Both the position numbers and the translations under genes were made by a program. Of a stretch of DNA of 64,000 nucleotides, positions 8,856 to 18,679 are shown in pieces (position 1 is the stretch's first letter; each line of letters opens with the position of its first letter). The notes below the pieces were generated by a model. That model did no database searches. It saw only the letters and a program-made list of their open reading frames with translations, and was not told where the DNA came from. The stretch comes from a virus. The stretch covers positions 26,968 through 90,967 of the IMG/VR virus record IMGVR_UViG_3300022821_000014. One strand, given 5' to 3'.

Positions 8856-10253
8856 TCAGCTGCCTGACTTGTTGCTCTGTATCTCACGAAGCTTCCTTCG
8901 AATGAAGGAATGGTCGTCAGAGCCCATGTCGCTTGAGTATTCAGCAACTTCGTCATCTGTCAGGATACGAAGCTTAGACTTAGCTGTGTCAAGGTGAATT
9001 TGATATTTGATGCCATCGACGCCAGCTCGGTTCTTCGCAATGAAGATATTGCCGAAACCATTGGCCTTTTGTGCTGACTTTCTTGAAAGCCCTACAACAA
9101 AATCTGCTACGTGTGCCTGACCATAGCCTTCAGCCATGTTAGTCAGATCGACAACATCATTTTGAGCGCCTTCCTTGTTGGACTGAATTGCTGTCCAACA
9201 AGGAACATCAATTTCAGTCGCAAGCTGTCGCAACTCTTCCATGACCTTTTTTAGCTCCATGCGAAGCAAGTCATAACGCTCGGAAGACCTCATGATGCCT
9301 GCGTAATCTACAATAATGACATCGGGTCGGAAATTCTGTGTGGCAAGTTTCTCAATATGCCCACGCAAAGTCATAGCCGTAACTGAAGAAGTAGGGTAGT
9401 ACTTGATTCGTAGACGACCTAGATTCTCTGCGTTATCCTGGTAGAACTCTTGGATCGCAGCTTTGTGGTCAAAACATTCAAGACTTGGAAGGTCCAAGAT
9501 GTGTGAATCATAGCGAATGCCCATGGCACGTTCATTCAACTCAAAAGTGTAATGGACAACGTTCTTCTGCTTTAGGAGAGCTTGTGCACCGACGTGCACC
9601 AGGAAGTGAGATTTGCCGACACCAGTAGGTGCTACACAAACGCCTAGCTCACCAGCACCGAGTCCGCCGTTCAGGATCTTCCGCTGGTCCAACTCGGTAA
9701 TTCCTGTTGGAACTGTACGGCGGTAGGTTTCTGAGTAGCGGCTTTCAACGTCTTCAAAAAGATCAAGACCTGGGGAGTGGTGGTTTCCAGCGTGAATCGC
9801 TTTCTTCACTATCTCGATTACCTTGTCGTAATTTTCTGATTCAACCAGGTCAACCGACTGCATTAGTGCGTGTGTGAGCCTTCTACGTTTGCACCAGTCT
9901 AATGATTTGTCCTTTACAAGGGGAAGGTCGCCCAGATCTTCGTGCGTTTTGACCCTCTTTAGGAAAGTCTTTACCTGGTCAAGAAGTACTGCGTCATGTT
10001 TGTTTTTCAACTGCTCCTTTAGTTCAGAAATAAGCAGGTCGATTGAAGGAAACTCTTTGTACTTCTGGTAATACCCGAGGTGCGTGGCTGCTACGAGTCT
10101 GAGATGTGCTAGGGTAAAGTACTCTGTGTCGAGAACCTCGTTCATCTGAGCCGCCCATGGGCGATCTACGATGAGTGCTTGGACAATCTTCGCTTGGAAG
10201 TTCTTGTCAAATGAAAAGTGTTGTTTTGGTGGTGTTGGCATTTCTTCGGTCAT
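8856..10253 (-). CDS. dnaB: Replicative helicase (DnaB/T4 gp41-like)
   Basis: Walker A APTGVGKS, YTFEL, IIVDYAG, WTAIQSNK, KNRAG. Confidence 0.9.
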   Translation of the reverse strand: MTEEMPTPPKQHFSFDKNFQAKIVQALIVDRPWAAQMNEVLDTEYFTLAHLRLVAATHLGYYQKYKEFPSIDLLISELKEQLKNKHDAVLLDQVKTFLKRVKTHEDLGDLPLVKDKSLDWCKRRRLTHALMQSVDLVESENYDKVIEIVKKAIHAGNHHSPGLDLFEDVESRYSETYRRTVPTGITELDQRKILNGGLGAGELGVCVAPTGVGKSHFLVHVGAQALLKQKNVVHYTFELNERAMGIRYDSHILDLPSLECFDHKAAIQEFYQDNAENLGRLRIKYYPTSSVTAMTLRGHIEKLATQNFRPDVIIVDYAGIMRSSERYDLLRMELKKVMEELRQLATEIDVPCWTAIQSNKEGAQNDVVDLTNMAEGYGQAHVADFVVGLSRKSAQKANGFGNIFIAKNRAGVDGIKYQIHLDTAKSKLRILTDDEVAEYSSDMGSDDHSFIRRKLREIQSNKSGS

Positions 10254-10470
10254 TTACTGCTCCTGTTTTGGCCTTGTAGAGAAAAGTCTGCCATCCTCGA
10301 ATAGGTGTTTAAACGAGTCTGGTACGTTCGTAACCTACGAGCCTGGCAGTAGACAATTGCGGAGCATCGTAGCTTAAAGAGATCCGTCGTGGACAAAATT
10401 CCAAGGTAGACCAAAATGATTTGTTTACTATTTTGTTTGTAAAATACGCATAAAACACGTATTTATGGTT

Positions 10471-11028
10471 ATGAAAAAAGGCTACCTAAAACAGCTAATC
10501 GAAATGGCCGTTTCGGCGGTCCTAAAAGAAATTGATAATAATGATGAATCTCATCTAGTGCCAGATGAACAAGGTGAATTTCATTCATCGGATGGTGACG
10601 ATTCTAGATTTTGGGGTAATCGTGGGGCAGGTATTTTACTGGTCGCTCAAGATACGGGCAAACTTCTTCTTGTCCTCCGTAGCGGTTATGTGAATGAACC
10701 AGGTACCTGGGGCGTCCCAGGCGGGAAGATAGATGATGAGGATGAATCCCCAAGTGTTGCGGCCAATAGAGAAGCTGAGGAGGAGCTAGGATACTCGGGC
10801 CCTATAGACCTCGTCCCTGCTCATGTCTTCAAATCAGGCAAGTTTCGATTCTACAACTTCATTGGTGTCGTACCAAATGAGTTTAAACCCACACTTGACT
10901 GGGAAAATGATGATGTAGGTTGGTTTTCAATTAACGACCTTCCTTCACCACTACATTTCGGTATTCAATCACTGCTAACAAACTCCGAAAATCAAATCCT
11001 AGACGTGTTCAACTCAGTAGGTCATTAG
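10471..11028 (+). CDS. NUDIX hydrolase with N-terminal leader
   Basis: Nudix box GGKIDDEDESPSVAANREAEEELG; leader LKQLIEMAVSAVLKE. Confidence 0.88.
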   Translation: MKKGYLKQLIEMAVSAVLKEIDNNDESHLVPDEQGEFHSSDGDDSRFWGNRGAGILLVAQDTGKLLLVLRSGYVNEPGTWGVPGGKIDDEDESPSVAANREAEEELGYSGPIDLVPAHVFKSGKFRFYNFIGVVPNEFKPTLDWENDDVGWFSINDLPSPLHFGIQSLLTNSENQILDVFNSVGH

Positions 11029-12027
11029 CAGACGCATTTCGCTTGTAAACTTCTCAAAGTCAAAAGCGATTGCCATTCCTGAAGCCAATACGTCCTTGAT
11101 CAAAGCGATCTTATCCATCTTGGGCTCGTGGTTTTCAGCGATATGAGTTATCTTGGCAATCTCTTTCGCAGATAGCATTGCTGAAGACAGGTGCATGAGT
11201 TTCCAATTGCGCTTTACAATATCTTCTGATTCACGAACTTGCTTGAAGACCTTTTGCCGAGCCTTAGCCGCTACTTGCTTATCACAGAATTCCATAATCA
11301 TACCAGTGTTCAGGTCCATAGATCTATCAGCAATTTGTGGGAATCTCTTGACAACCGTCTTTAGCCCAACTCCTGCGACGCCGTGAAGGTTGTCACTGTT
11401 ATCACCGACAAGGGCACGGGCCATACAGAAATTTCGAGGTGCTATTCCATACTTTTCAAAAATTTTATCGCCATCATAAACCGTTCTTGTCGCATGATCA
11501 TAGATGGTTACACTGTCGTCTTCTAGCAGCTGATAGAAATCTTTGTCGTTCGACACAATAATTTTATCGGTTGAGTCACTTCTAAAGTGTTGCGATACTA
11601 GATAAGCAAGCACATCGTCACATTCTGTGCCACTTACAAAGACTTGACACACAGGTGTATGTTTTAATAGCTTGTATAACTGTGACAGTTGTTTAACTTT
11701 AGTTTCACCGTCTGTTACGAGTGTATCTCGCATAGAGGCAGTCCCTGCCTTGAGCTTCTTAAACTCTTTAATTTTGCCTCTATTGGCTTTGTATTCCTTG
11801 TAGATTTTACGGCGTCGGGCTGAGCCGCCGCCCGTTTCCCATACAACAAACACCTTGGACGGTGCAAAGGTGTCAATAGCGTAGTTTAAAAAACGAAGAA
11901 AGCCTACTACTCCTCCGATTGGCTCGCTTTTCGAGCTAACAGTTTGGTTGACCAAATAATGGCGGATAAACACATTTAATCCGTCTATGAACAGGTATGG
12001 CCTATTTTTTTTCTCTCTGGTACTCAC
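11014..12027 (-). CDS. 5'-3' exonuclease / flap endonuclease (PolI-N, T4 RNase H-like)
   Basis: FIDGLN, YKANR, ECDD, SNDKDFYQL, GDNSDNLHGVAGVGLKT. Confidence 0.92.
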   Translation of the reverse strand: MSTREKKNRPYLFIDGLNVFIRHYLVNQTVSSKSEPIGGVVGFLRFLNYAIDTFAPSKVFVVWETGGGSARRRKIYKEYKANRGKIKEFKKLKAGTASMRDTLVTDGETKVKQLSQLYKLLKHTPVCQVFVSGTECDDVLAYLVSQHFRSDSTDKIIVSNDKDFYQLLEDDSVTIYDHATRTVYDGDKIFEKYGIAPRNFCMARALVGDNSDNLHGVAGVGLKTVVKRFPQIADRSMDLNTGMIMEFCDKQVAAKARQKVFKQVRESEDIVKRNWKLMHLSSAMLSAKEIAKITHIAENHEPKMDKIALIKDVLASGMAIAFDFEKFTSEMRLLMTY

Positions 12028-12197
12028 GCATTTTCCTTATTTTTGATCCGCATGTTTTTGTTGCCTTATGATACACGACGCACAACGAGTGGGCATTCAA
12101 CTGTTACTGTGGTAAGCAGCACCTGGTGCCAATACATTCTAGGACGCCTTCTTTCTTGTTTAAAGACCTTTCCACACTCATGTGAAACCAGCCAAAA

Positions 12198-12455
12198 TCA
12201 GTTTGAGCATTCAACTATGAAGTTGGTTTCACCATTATTAAATCTTTCAACGTGGATAAGTTCATATTCTTGCTCATGTCTGCAAAGACAAATGTTGTTG
12301 TCACAACCGACATAACTGACATCGAGTTCTTTGCATGCCTGCTCACAAAAAAAAGCTGGCTTGAGCATATCATGAACTTTAAAACCTACAAGGAAGAAGA
12401 AAGGCAGCATCAAGATGAACCCTAGAATTAAATGCTCGAACTGGTGTCTAGTCAT
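12198..12455 (-). CDS. Small membrane protein, Cys-rich
   Basis: One hydrophobic segment; coupled to dut stop. Confidence 0.55.
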   Translation of the reverse strand: MTRHQFEHLILGFILMLPFFFLVGFKVHDMLKPAFFCEQACKELDVSYVGCDNNICLCRHEQEYELIHVERFNNGETNFIVECSN

Positions 12456-12961
12456 TTATATCCTGTGGAACCAAGTCCACCATCTCCCCGTTCTGTATCT
12501 TCAAGAGTCTCTACCGTGTGAATAGAAGGTTGCTCAACACGAGCGATTACCATTTGTGCGATGCGGTCCCCAGAAGCAATAGCAAATTCTTCTTGGCTAT
12601 GGTTAATAAGGATCACTTTTAATTCACCACGATAATCAGAATCAATTGTCCCTGGAGAGTTGAGGACGGTAATACCATATTTTGCTGCTAGGCCGCTACG
12701 TGGTCTTATTTGAGCCTCAAAGCCTTTGGGCAATGACATGGCTAGTCCTGTAGATACAATAGCAGAGCGTCCTGGAGGCAGTACTACGGCTTCTGTGGCA
12801 CTCAGATCCATTCCAGCTGCTTCTGAGGATTTATACTCGGGTATCTTTGCCCAGCGGTTAAGTCTTTTGAAACAAATAGCTATCTCTTTTCCTAGAAGAG
12901 CTTTTCTGGGCGGTTCGACCCATCGTGGGTCATCAGTCTTGTAATCTTCTTTGTACTTCAT
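12452..12961 (-). CDS. dut: Trimeric dUTPase
   Basis: [36 protein letters not shown]. Confidence 0.96.
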   Translation of the reverse strand: MKYKEDYKTDDPRWVEPPRKALLGKEIAICFKRLNRWAKIPEYKSSEAAGMDLSATEAVVLPPGRSAIVSTGLAMSLPKGFEAQIRPRSGLAAKYGITVLNSPGTIDSDYRGELKVILINHSQEEFAIASGDRIAQMVIARVEQPSIHTVETLEDTERGDGGLGSTGYK

Positions 12962-13422
12962 TTGTCTTGTTCCATGTCTAGAATGATAATAGGTGTATAG
13001 ATGCCTTCGTCGGTCACATAATACATTCCTCCTTCTACAATTGTCTTGTCAAAATAAACCCGAACGGTTTCCATCTCATCAACAACTGAGTCTTGAAAAT
13101 TCAATTCTCCATGTGTGTACTTACCTTTGTCTACAAGATTGTCGTATGCAAACTTTGCACGGAAGCAGAGAAGGTGTTCCAGGATCAAATGCGGTCCCCT
13201 AGAAGTTACAATAACTCCTTTGCCGCTGTTCTCACGAGAAATATTCCTAATCAATTCTGCCAAACCTTTGTTCCATTGAAATTTGTCAAAAAAGAACGGC
13301 GCTCCCGCTTTTATAGCTTCTTCTGGGGGAATTGGTTCGCTGGTGTCTTGATCAATATATACACCTGGCTTCTTCGACCAGAATTTCAATTTGCCCGACT
13401 TCTCTTTTAACTCGTACTCCAT
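12958..13422 (-). CDS. Hypothetical protein
   Basis: 154-aa ORF in operon with overlapping stop/start. Confidence 0.65.
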   Translation of the reverse strand: MEYELKEKSGKLKFWSKKPGVYIDQDTSEPIPPEEAIKAGAPFFFDKFQWNKGLAELIRNISRENSGKGVIVTSRGPHLILEHLLCFRAKFAYDNLVDKGKYTHGELNFQDSVVDEMETVRVYFDKTIVEGGMYYVTDEGIYTPIIILDMEQDK

Positions 13423-13438
13423 ACTACCTCTTCAACCA

Positions 13439-13846
13439 CTAGCCTATTATGACCAATTCAACATGTCCACTATCCTTAATCGACAGGAACAAACTTTCTG
13501 TTTTAAACTTGTCAATCTTATACAGTGGAATTTCTGTACCAGCTAGAATCAAGCTGCCAAAAACAACTTCGTCTGTGTTACAAGGACTAATCTCTGGTGG
13601 TCTAAAATTAATGAGAACTTCCATGATTACGCTAACCAAACTTTCAGGGTCGAGTGAGATCGCCTTGACAATTCCAAGCTCATCTTGTATTGACATTATT
13701 AGTGGCATGAGGGTATGATACCACTCGTATACACTGTACCGACCTGTACTCCCACTATTCCAGTCATCTGATAACACATCACCTGTTTTGGGGTCTACTA
13801 GCTTTCCTGGCAATCTTGACCAATATCTTCTGGTGGCGAGTTTCAC
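13439..13846 (-). CDS. Hypothetical protein
   Basis: 135-aa ORF coupled to recA-C stop. Confidence 0.6.
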   Translation of the reverse strand: MKLATRRYWSRLPGKLVDPKTGDVLSDDWNSGSTGRYSVYEWYHTLMPLIMSIQDELGIVKAISLDPESLVSVIMEVLINFRPPEISPCNTDEVVFGSLILAGTEIPLYKIDKFKTESLFLSIKDSGHVELVIIG

Positions 13847-14805
13847 TTTCCATGCGCCTTTAGTGCCTCAGCCTCTTCAACGGAATCCTTGTTTACACCC
13901 GCAAAAGTCAAATGTTCCTTTGCATCACGTTGCATGACCAATGCATCGGTATATAGTGCGTCAACGTACTCTTGGTAAGCAGGGTTGTAAAGAACCCTGT
14001 TGAAATTAGGCTTGTAGAATTTTTCCTCAACAAGAATTTCACCCGTACTCTGGTCAGTCACAGTGAATGTTTTCCAAGCAGCTGTGCCAGCGACGAGGAT
14101 CGATTTCCCGTTATGAACTACACCGTAAGCATCCTTATCTTGTTTGATAACTTCCGTACAATGTGCACGAAACAAGTCAAAAACTTCTTCATGTTCAACA
14201 ACGCCGACGCCGAAGATAATCTGGAACTCACAAGTGCGGAATGGCCGAGCTACACGGTTCTTGATCGTCTTGGCTTTCACCTTAATGCCAATGACGTTCC
14301 CTGCATTATCTTTAATTTGCTGCTGCCCAGTAGAAGAAATACGAACACGGACTGAACTTGCGTAAGGGATAGCCATCCCACCAGGTGTTGTAGTGTTGTG
14401 GTTAATAAACCCTTCAGCAATATAGTTGTGAGTGTCTTCCACTTCGCAATCAACAACTTGTATGGGGTGTTGTACTTGTTCAGCACCAATGTAGTCTTCA
14501 AGACGAATATACTCGCCATCAACAAAGATCTTATGGTCTTTGGTGCCGTGAAGAGTATTTGCTTGGTAGTGCTCGTCTGCATTTTGTTTGACGACAAACG
14601 TTTTCAGTGGCTTCCAAACTTCCTGCTTGGATTCGTGATCATATGAGAGGATTTCATATTTTTCATGTTCTATATTGTAGATTTCTGGCGTATTTAGATC
14701 TTCTATACCTATACGTTTTGCCAATTCACGAAATGTGATTTCCTCTTCCACGAACTGACGTTCATGCCTTGTTTCAAGATTGTGTTTTTTTATTTCGGTT
14801 TCCAT
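13843..14805 (-). CDS. recA: RecA C-terminal half fused to a long C-intein (IntC about 14395-14805)
   Basis: Block B GTKDHKIF, block F VVDCEVEDTHNY, block G INHN then TTTPGGMAIPYASSVRVR...KNRVARPFR; start at 14805 is inferred. Confidence 0.88.
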   Translation of the reverse strand: METEIKKHNLETRHERQFVEEEITFRELAKRIGIEDLNTPEIYNIEHEKYEILSYDHESKQEVWKPLKTFVVKQNADEHYQANTLHGTKDHKIFVDGEYIRLEDYIGAEQVQHPIQVVDCEVEDTHNYIAEGFINHNTTTPGGMAIPYASSVRVRISSTGQQQIKDNAGNVIGIKVKAKTIKNRVARPFRTCEFQIIFGVGVVEHEEVFDLFRAHCTEVIKQDKDAYGVVHNGKSILVAGTAAWKTFTVTDQSTGEILVEEKFYKPNFNRVLYNPAYQEYVDALYTDALVMQRDAKEHLTFAGVNKDSVEEAEALKAHGK

Positions 14806-15619
14806 AAGTTTCTGTCTTTCGGTGGCAAGCTTCACACAATGTTCTTCCGTTTGAGGTTCTCCAAAGAGGTTCATATCTTTTTGCCTCTTCAACAGATTTG
14901 ATATTACCTTCTTCTAAAAGCAAACAAAAAGGATAAATGTGATCTACGTGCAATTTTTCTGTTCTATCGCATCTGATGCATTTGTGCTCATCACGTTTCA
15001 GAGCACTCTGCCTCCATTTTCGATATGCGTAACTTTTCCTAATCAAACTAGCGGTTTTCGTTAAACCACTTTTCCAATTTGGATTTTTTTCTTTTCTTTT
15101 TGGGTTTGCTTTATTGTATCTTATTATCCAAGAACGCAATTTTTTCCTGTGTTCCTCGGTCGGCTGATATCTTGGACTTGGTATAGCTTTTATTGGATAA
15201 AACTGGCTAAGCTTGTCTATAATTCGTTTTGTTTTTCTTAGTTTGAGATTTAGTTTATTGGCTATGTGCCCGTAAGGTACTTCCGCCTGGCACAATGCAA
15301 TTATTTGTTCATAATCTTCTGGTGATAAATCCTGGGGCAGGTATTTGATCTGCTTTTTAGCGCACTGATCCCGAACATATCTGCGATAAACCCTATCGGA
15401 AATTCCTAGTTTAGTCTTAATCCACCTGGGCGGGACGAACCTTTTATCCCAATAACCGTGAAGTTATTTAACTTGTTCCTCCGAAAGGATAACCTTCTGA
15501 GCTTCTCCAATGTTTCTTCGCCGCTCTTTCGAAAAGACCTTTCCCGTATTCGCTGCTGCGATTTTCCGCCTTGTTTCTTTTGAGTGTGCATACCTTTTTT
15601 TGTTCTTTGCTGGTTTCAT
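14774..15619 (-). pseudogene. Free-standing NUMOD3 + HNH homing endonuclease with an in-frame TAA at 15464-15466
   Basis: HSKETRRKI NUMOD3 repeats; the same frame continues past the TAA into RDEHKCIRC...HVDHI...NGRTLCEACH. Confidence 0.78.
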
Positions 15620-15623
15620 GCAG

Positions 15624-16358
15624 CTAAACATACTTGCGAATTCGAATCCTAGTGTCTGGAGTAACGCAAGGGTCTCCAAACATGACACCGATCTTCTGAC
15701 GTTGTTGGTTAATGAGAAGGAAGAGGACATTTTGGTTACCAATAATATTGACGATTTTACGCATGCCTTTACCTAACACACGGGCTTGGAGGCCAATCGT
15801 GTTAGAGTCATAATCGCCCTCAAGCTCAGCTTTAGGAGACGAGGCGGCAATAGAATCCCACACGATTGTTACTGGAACATTCTTTTGCATAGCACGAGCC
15901 TTAAGGATCGTTGATTCAGCAATTTTGAAAATTTCTTCCGTGCACGCTGTCTGACAAAAGATGAAACGGTTACTTACGTCGATACCAATTGCACTAAGGT
16001 TATCAAGGCTAGTGGCGTTTTCCGTATCTATGTAAACAACTATTCCTCCCATCTTCTGGGTCGCCTTAGAGGCTTCGAAAGCAATGTGTGATTTGCCGCT
16101 TGATGTTGGCCCCTGAATTTCTACAATCCTACCTTCTGGAAAGCCCCCGACTGCTTGGTTTGCAATGATCGCATCAAGCTGTCGTGAGCCTGTGCTAATC
16201 CATCGTTTGATATTTGTTGGGGCGTCATCGGTAGAAAGATTGAAAGCGATATTCTCGCCGTTCTCCTTGTTCAACTGCTTAATAAGGTCAGTTGTAAAGT
16301 CATCACCCATGTCATCTGCACTGGCGGTGTCTGTTGTTGTTTTTTTCTTTTTGGCCAC
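15624..16358 (-). CDS. recA: RecA N-terminal half ending in a 14-aa N-intein (15627-15668)
   Basis: ISTGS, GRIVEIQGPTSSGKS, VWDSIAA, INQQRQKIGVMFGDP|CVTPDTRIRIRKYV*. Confidence 0.92.
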   Translation of the reverse strand: MAKKKKTTTDTASADDMGDDFTTDLIKQLNKENGENIAFNLSTDDAPTNIKRWISTGSRQLDAIIANQAVGGFPEGRIVEIQGPTSSGKSHIAFEASKATQKMGGIVVYIDTENATSLDNLSAIGIDVSNRFIFCQTACTEEIFKIAESTILKARAMQKNVPVTIVWDSIAASSPKAELEGDYDSNTIGLQARVLGKGMRKIVNIIGNQNVLFLLINQQRQKIGVMFGDPCVTPDTRIRIRKYV

Positions 16359-16416
16359 GGTACCTCTTGTCTTTAATTGTAGCTGTGCCCATTAATTGAT
16401 TAAACAGGCTTAGACG

Positions 16417-16442
16417 AAAAAAGGCCAGCGTTAGCTGGCCTT
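16417..16442 (-). terminator. Intrinsic terminator after the SSB gene
   Basis: GGCCAGC-TAAC-GCTGGCC-TTTTTT on the minus strand. Confidence 0.8.
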
Positions 16443-16465
16443 CTTCGTTTTAAAGGAGCGGGGAC

Positions 16466-17344
16466 TTAGAAAACAGTACCAACGTCATCATCCAAGTCGG
16501 CGAATGCATCTTCAATGCTCTTCACCGTGTTGGAGTGTTCCTTATCTCGATCGGCACCCTTAGAAGCATTGTGATCCTTGCCTGTGCCCAGTTCCTTGCT
16601 CTCGGTATCCTCCTCACCGTCATCTCCAGCTGTTTTAGCAAGGAAGTTCTCAACCGTTTGCTGAAGCTGCTCAGGGTTACGAACCTGACCCTTGAAGTAA
16701 GCCTCAAGGTCTGGTACGGATGCGACAAGAGCGTCGACGTCCTTTTTTCCCTTGGCGAGCCTTGTGGGCTTGCGGCGAGGAGTCAGGTTGTAGTTCTTGA
16801 CTTTCCACTTGCCGAACATCTTACCAGAGTCTTCTACGTCAAGAGTGAAATCAAATCCGTTCTCAGCATCCATCATGTCCTCATCGGCATAATCAGGGTG
16901 AGCAAGAATAGAGTAAATGTCCTTGAGGATCTTGGAGTTCAACTCCCAAATCTGAACGCCCCGATCCTCTTCTCCACGCACAACAATAGGTGCATAAAAG
17001 CGATCCTTTGGACGCAGGTTGTTCATAAGACGCCAGGTCTCACGTGTATTCTCTTTACGAAGCTCATTGATAAGGTCGAAGATTGGGTCTTCTAGCTGAT
17101 ACTGAGCGGGGGATACGAAACGGCGCTCAGAAAGCTCCTTGTTGTCGTAATAAGACACTTCCTCGAAAGGTTGACCCTGTCGATCGGTGTAGGGCATGAA
17201 ACGAATTTCATAACTGTTTTTACTGCCATCCGCAAGTAGTGAAGGCTTGAACCAGGTGAGTTTCACTCGGTCACTTTTGCCCCCGTTGCGGCCACCAGAA
17301 AGGTCAGCGATTTTTTGTTTGATTGCATCAAGATTATATGCCAT
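16466..17344 (-). CDS. Single-stranded DNA-binding protein (T4 gp32-like)
   Basis: IRFMP, DPI, R-F-APIVVRGEEDRGVQIW, GFDF; acidic tail DAFADLDDD. Confidence 0.82.
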   Translation of the reverse strand: MAYNLDAIKQKIADLSGGRNGGKSDRVKLTWFKPSLLADGSKNSYEIRFMPYTDRQGQPFEEVSYYDNKELSERRFVSPAQYQLEDPIFDLINELRKENTRETWRLMNNLRPKDRFYAPIVVRGEEDRGVQIWELNSKILKDIYSILAHPDYADEDMMDAENGFDFTLDVEDSGKMFGKWKVKNYNLTPRRKPTRLAKGKKDVDALVASVPDLEAYFKGQVRNPEQLQQTVENFLAKTAGDDGEEDTESKELGTGKDHNASKGADRDKEHSNTVKSIEDAFADLDDDVGTVF

Positions 17345-17379
17345 GTGTATTTCCTATTTGTTTCTATTGTTTGTGTTTA

Positions 17380-18186
17380 TTATTTGGTTGCGCAAACATC
17401 ATGCTTGCGTGTCATGTAGAATTTACCCATGGTTTTTGGGTAAACATACTTTTTAATTTTCGTGCTAAGATTATTCCCACTGTATTTCAACTCATAACAT
17501 TGGGCAGTCTTTATTTTGTACGGTCTTTTATTGGGAATGCCAGTATTCTCGGTTAACTGGCGTTGTAACTCTTTCAAGAAATCTTGTGAGGCAGACGCAA
17601 TTTGCAGTCCTAATGTTGGCGTAACACCTTCTCTGTTTCTAATAAACCAGCAACCATCTCCATCAATAAACCCTCTGATATAATGTGGGTAAAAAGATTC
17701 TTTCAGATTGGGCCAGGACAAATTGTGAGTTTTTTGTGGTGTCACCCCATAACAAGATAAATCAGACTTTAATCTTCTGCTGCTGACTTCAAAAGTCGAA
17801 TAAGGTCCGTACGTTCTGACCTTATTTTCTGCCTCTAATTCTTCTCTAAGGTATTCTAACAAATATGCATCTTCATTTTTCAGTGTCAATTTAATTGCAT
17901 TGCGTTTCGTTGAAACACATCCATCGGCTGCCAACAATCCTAGAAAGTAAGCTTTGGAAGGTGTGTTAATATGTGAAAAATATTTTTGATTGACCTTGTT
18001 GGACCTGGGTCCAGGTGAACGTAATTTACGGTTGTGTTTTGTCAGTAACCATCTGACCCAGGATAAACTCTTGTTGAAATATTTGGCTGTCTTAGACACA
18101 CCTTCGACAAGGTATTTTTTATACACCTCATCAGGATTATAAGCCATTCGTTGTCTGTTCCATTCCTTTCTATAAGTATGGTTCAT
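17380..18186 (-). CDS. Free-standing double-motif LAGLIDADG homing endonuclease (start uncertain)
   Basis: KAYFLGLLAADGC and YIRGFIDGDGC motifs; N-terminal HTH-like segment. Confidence 0.88.
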   Translation of the reverse strand: MNHTYRKEWNRQRMAYNPDEVYKKYLVEGVSKTAKYFNKSLSWVRWLLTKHNRKLRSPGPRSNKVNQKYFSHINTPSKAYFLGLLAADGCVSTKRNAIKLTLKNEDAYLLEYLREELEAENKVRTYGPYSTFEVSSRRLKSDLSCYGVTPQKTHNLSWPNLKESFYPHYIRGFIDGDGCWFIRNREGVTPTLGLQIASASQDFLKELQRQLTENTGIPNKRPYKIKTAQCYELKYSGNNLSTKIKKYVYPKTMGKFYMTRKHDVCATK

Positions 18187-18292
18187 TGGGTCGAAATTGA
18201 CCAATTCTAAGCGTCCGAGATGAAGATTTATCTTCAATGATTTCAAGTACTTACGCACTGCAAGCAATTTATTTTGGCCATGTTTTCGAGTG

Positions 18293-18679
18293 TTAAATTG
18301 ACGCAGAATTGAGGGAAGTTTTACTACTTATGTGCAAGTTTGTAAGTTTGAGTACCGCTTCTTTAATAGCTACATTCAGTGTGAGTTTGACTACCACCAG
18401 ACGATACTTCATGATAAGTTTTTGTGCTTCCTTCACTGTCATCACAATTTCCTCTTCCACTCAGGCCATGAGGCAACCTGTTGCTTCGCTTTTTCGCTAG
18501 CGGAAATGATATCCTTGAGATAATATACCCTGCGCCAGGCGACCCTTGACTTATATCGGGCTATCAACTTCTTACAATCAGCGGGGTTCATACATTTTTA
18601 CCATATTGCTGGCTGCCTTGACAAGTTCCCAGTATCTGGTGTAGTACGTGATCAGCTTTCTACAGTCAGTCTTAGTCAA
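18293..18679 (-). CDS. Three coupled micro-ORFs (18578-18679, 18442-18591, 18293-18442)
   Basis: MTKTDCRKLITYY..., MNPADCKKLIARY...SWPEWKRKL and MTVKEAQKLIMKY...; overlapping stops/starts; missed by the ORF track. Confidence 0.55.

Noticed and set aside
14774-15668. Group I intron or TAG readthrough joining the recA halves
   Set aside because: Only 4 nt separate the stop from the endonuclease ATG and the endonuclease overlaps IntC; reading through the TAG hits another stop, and the halves are in different frames
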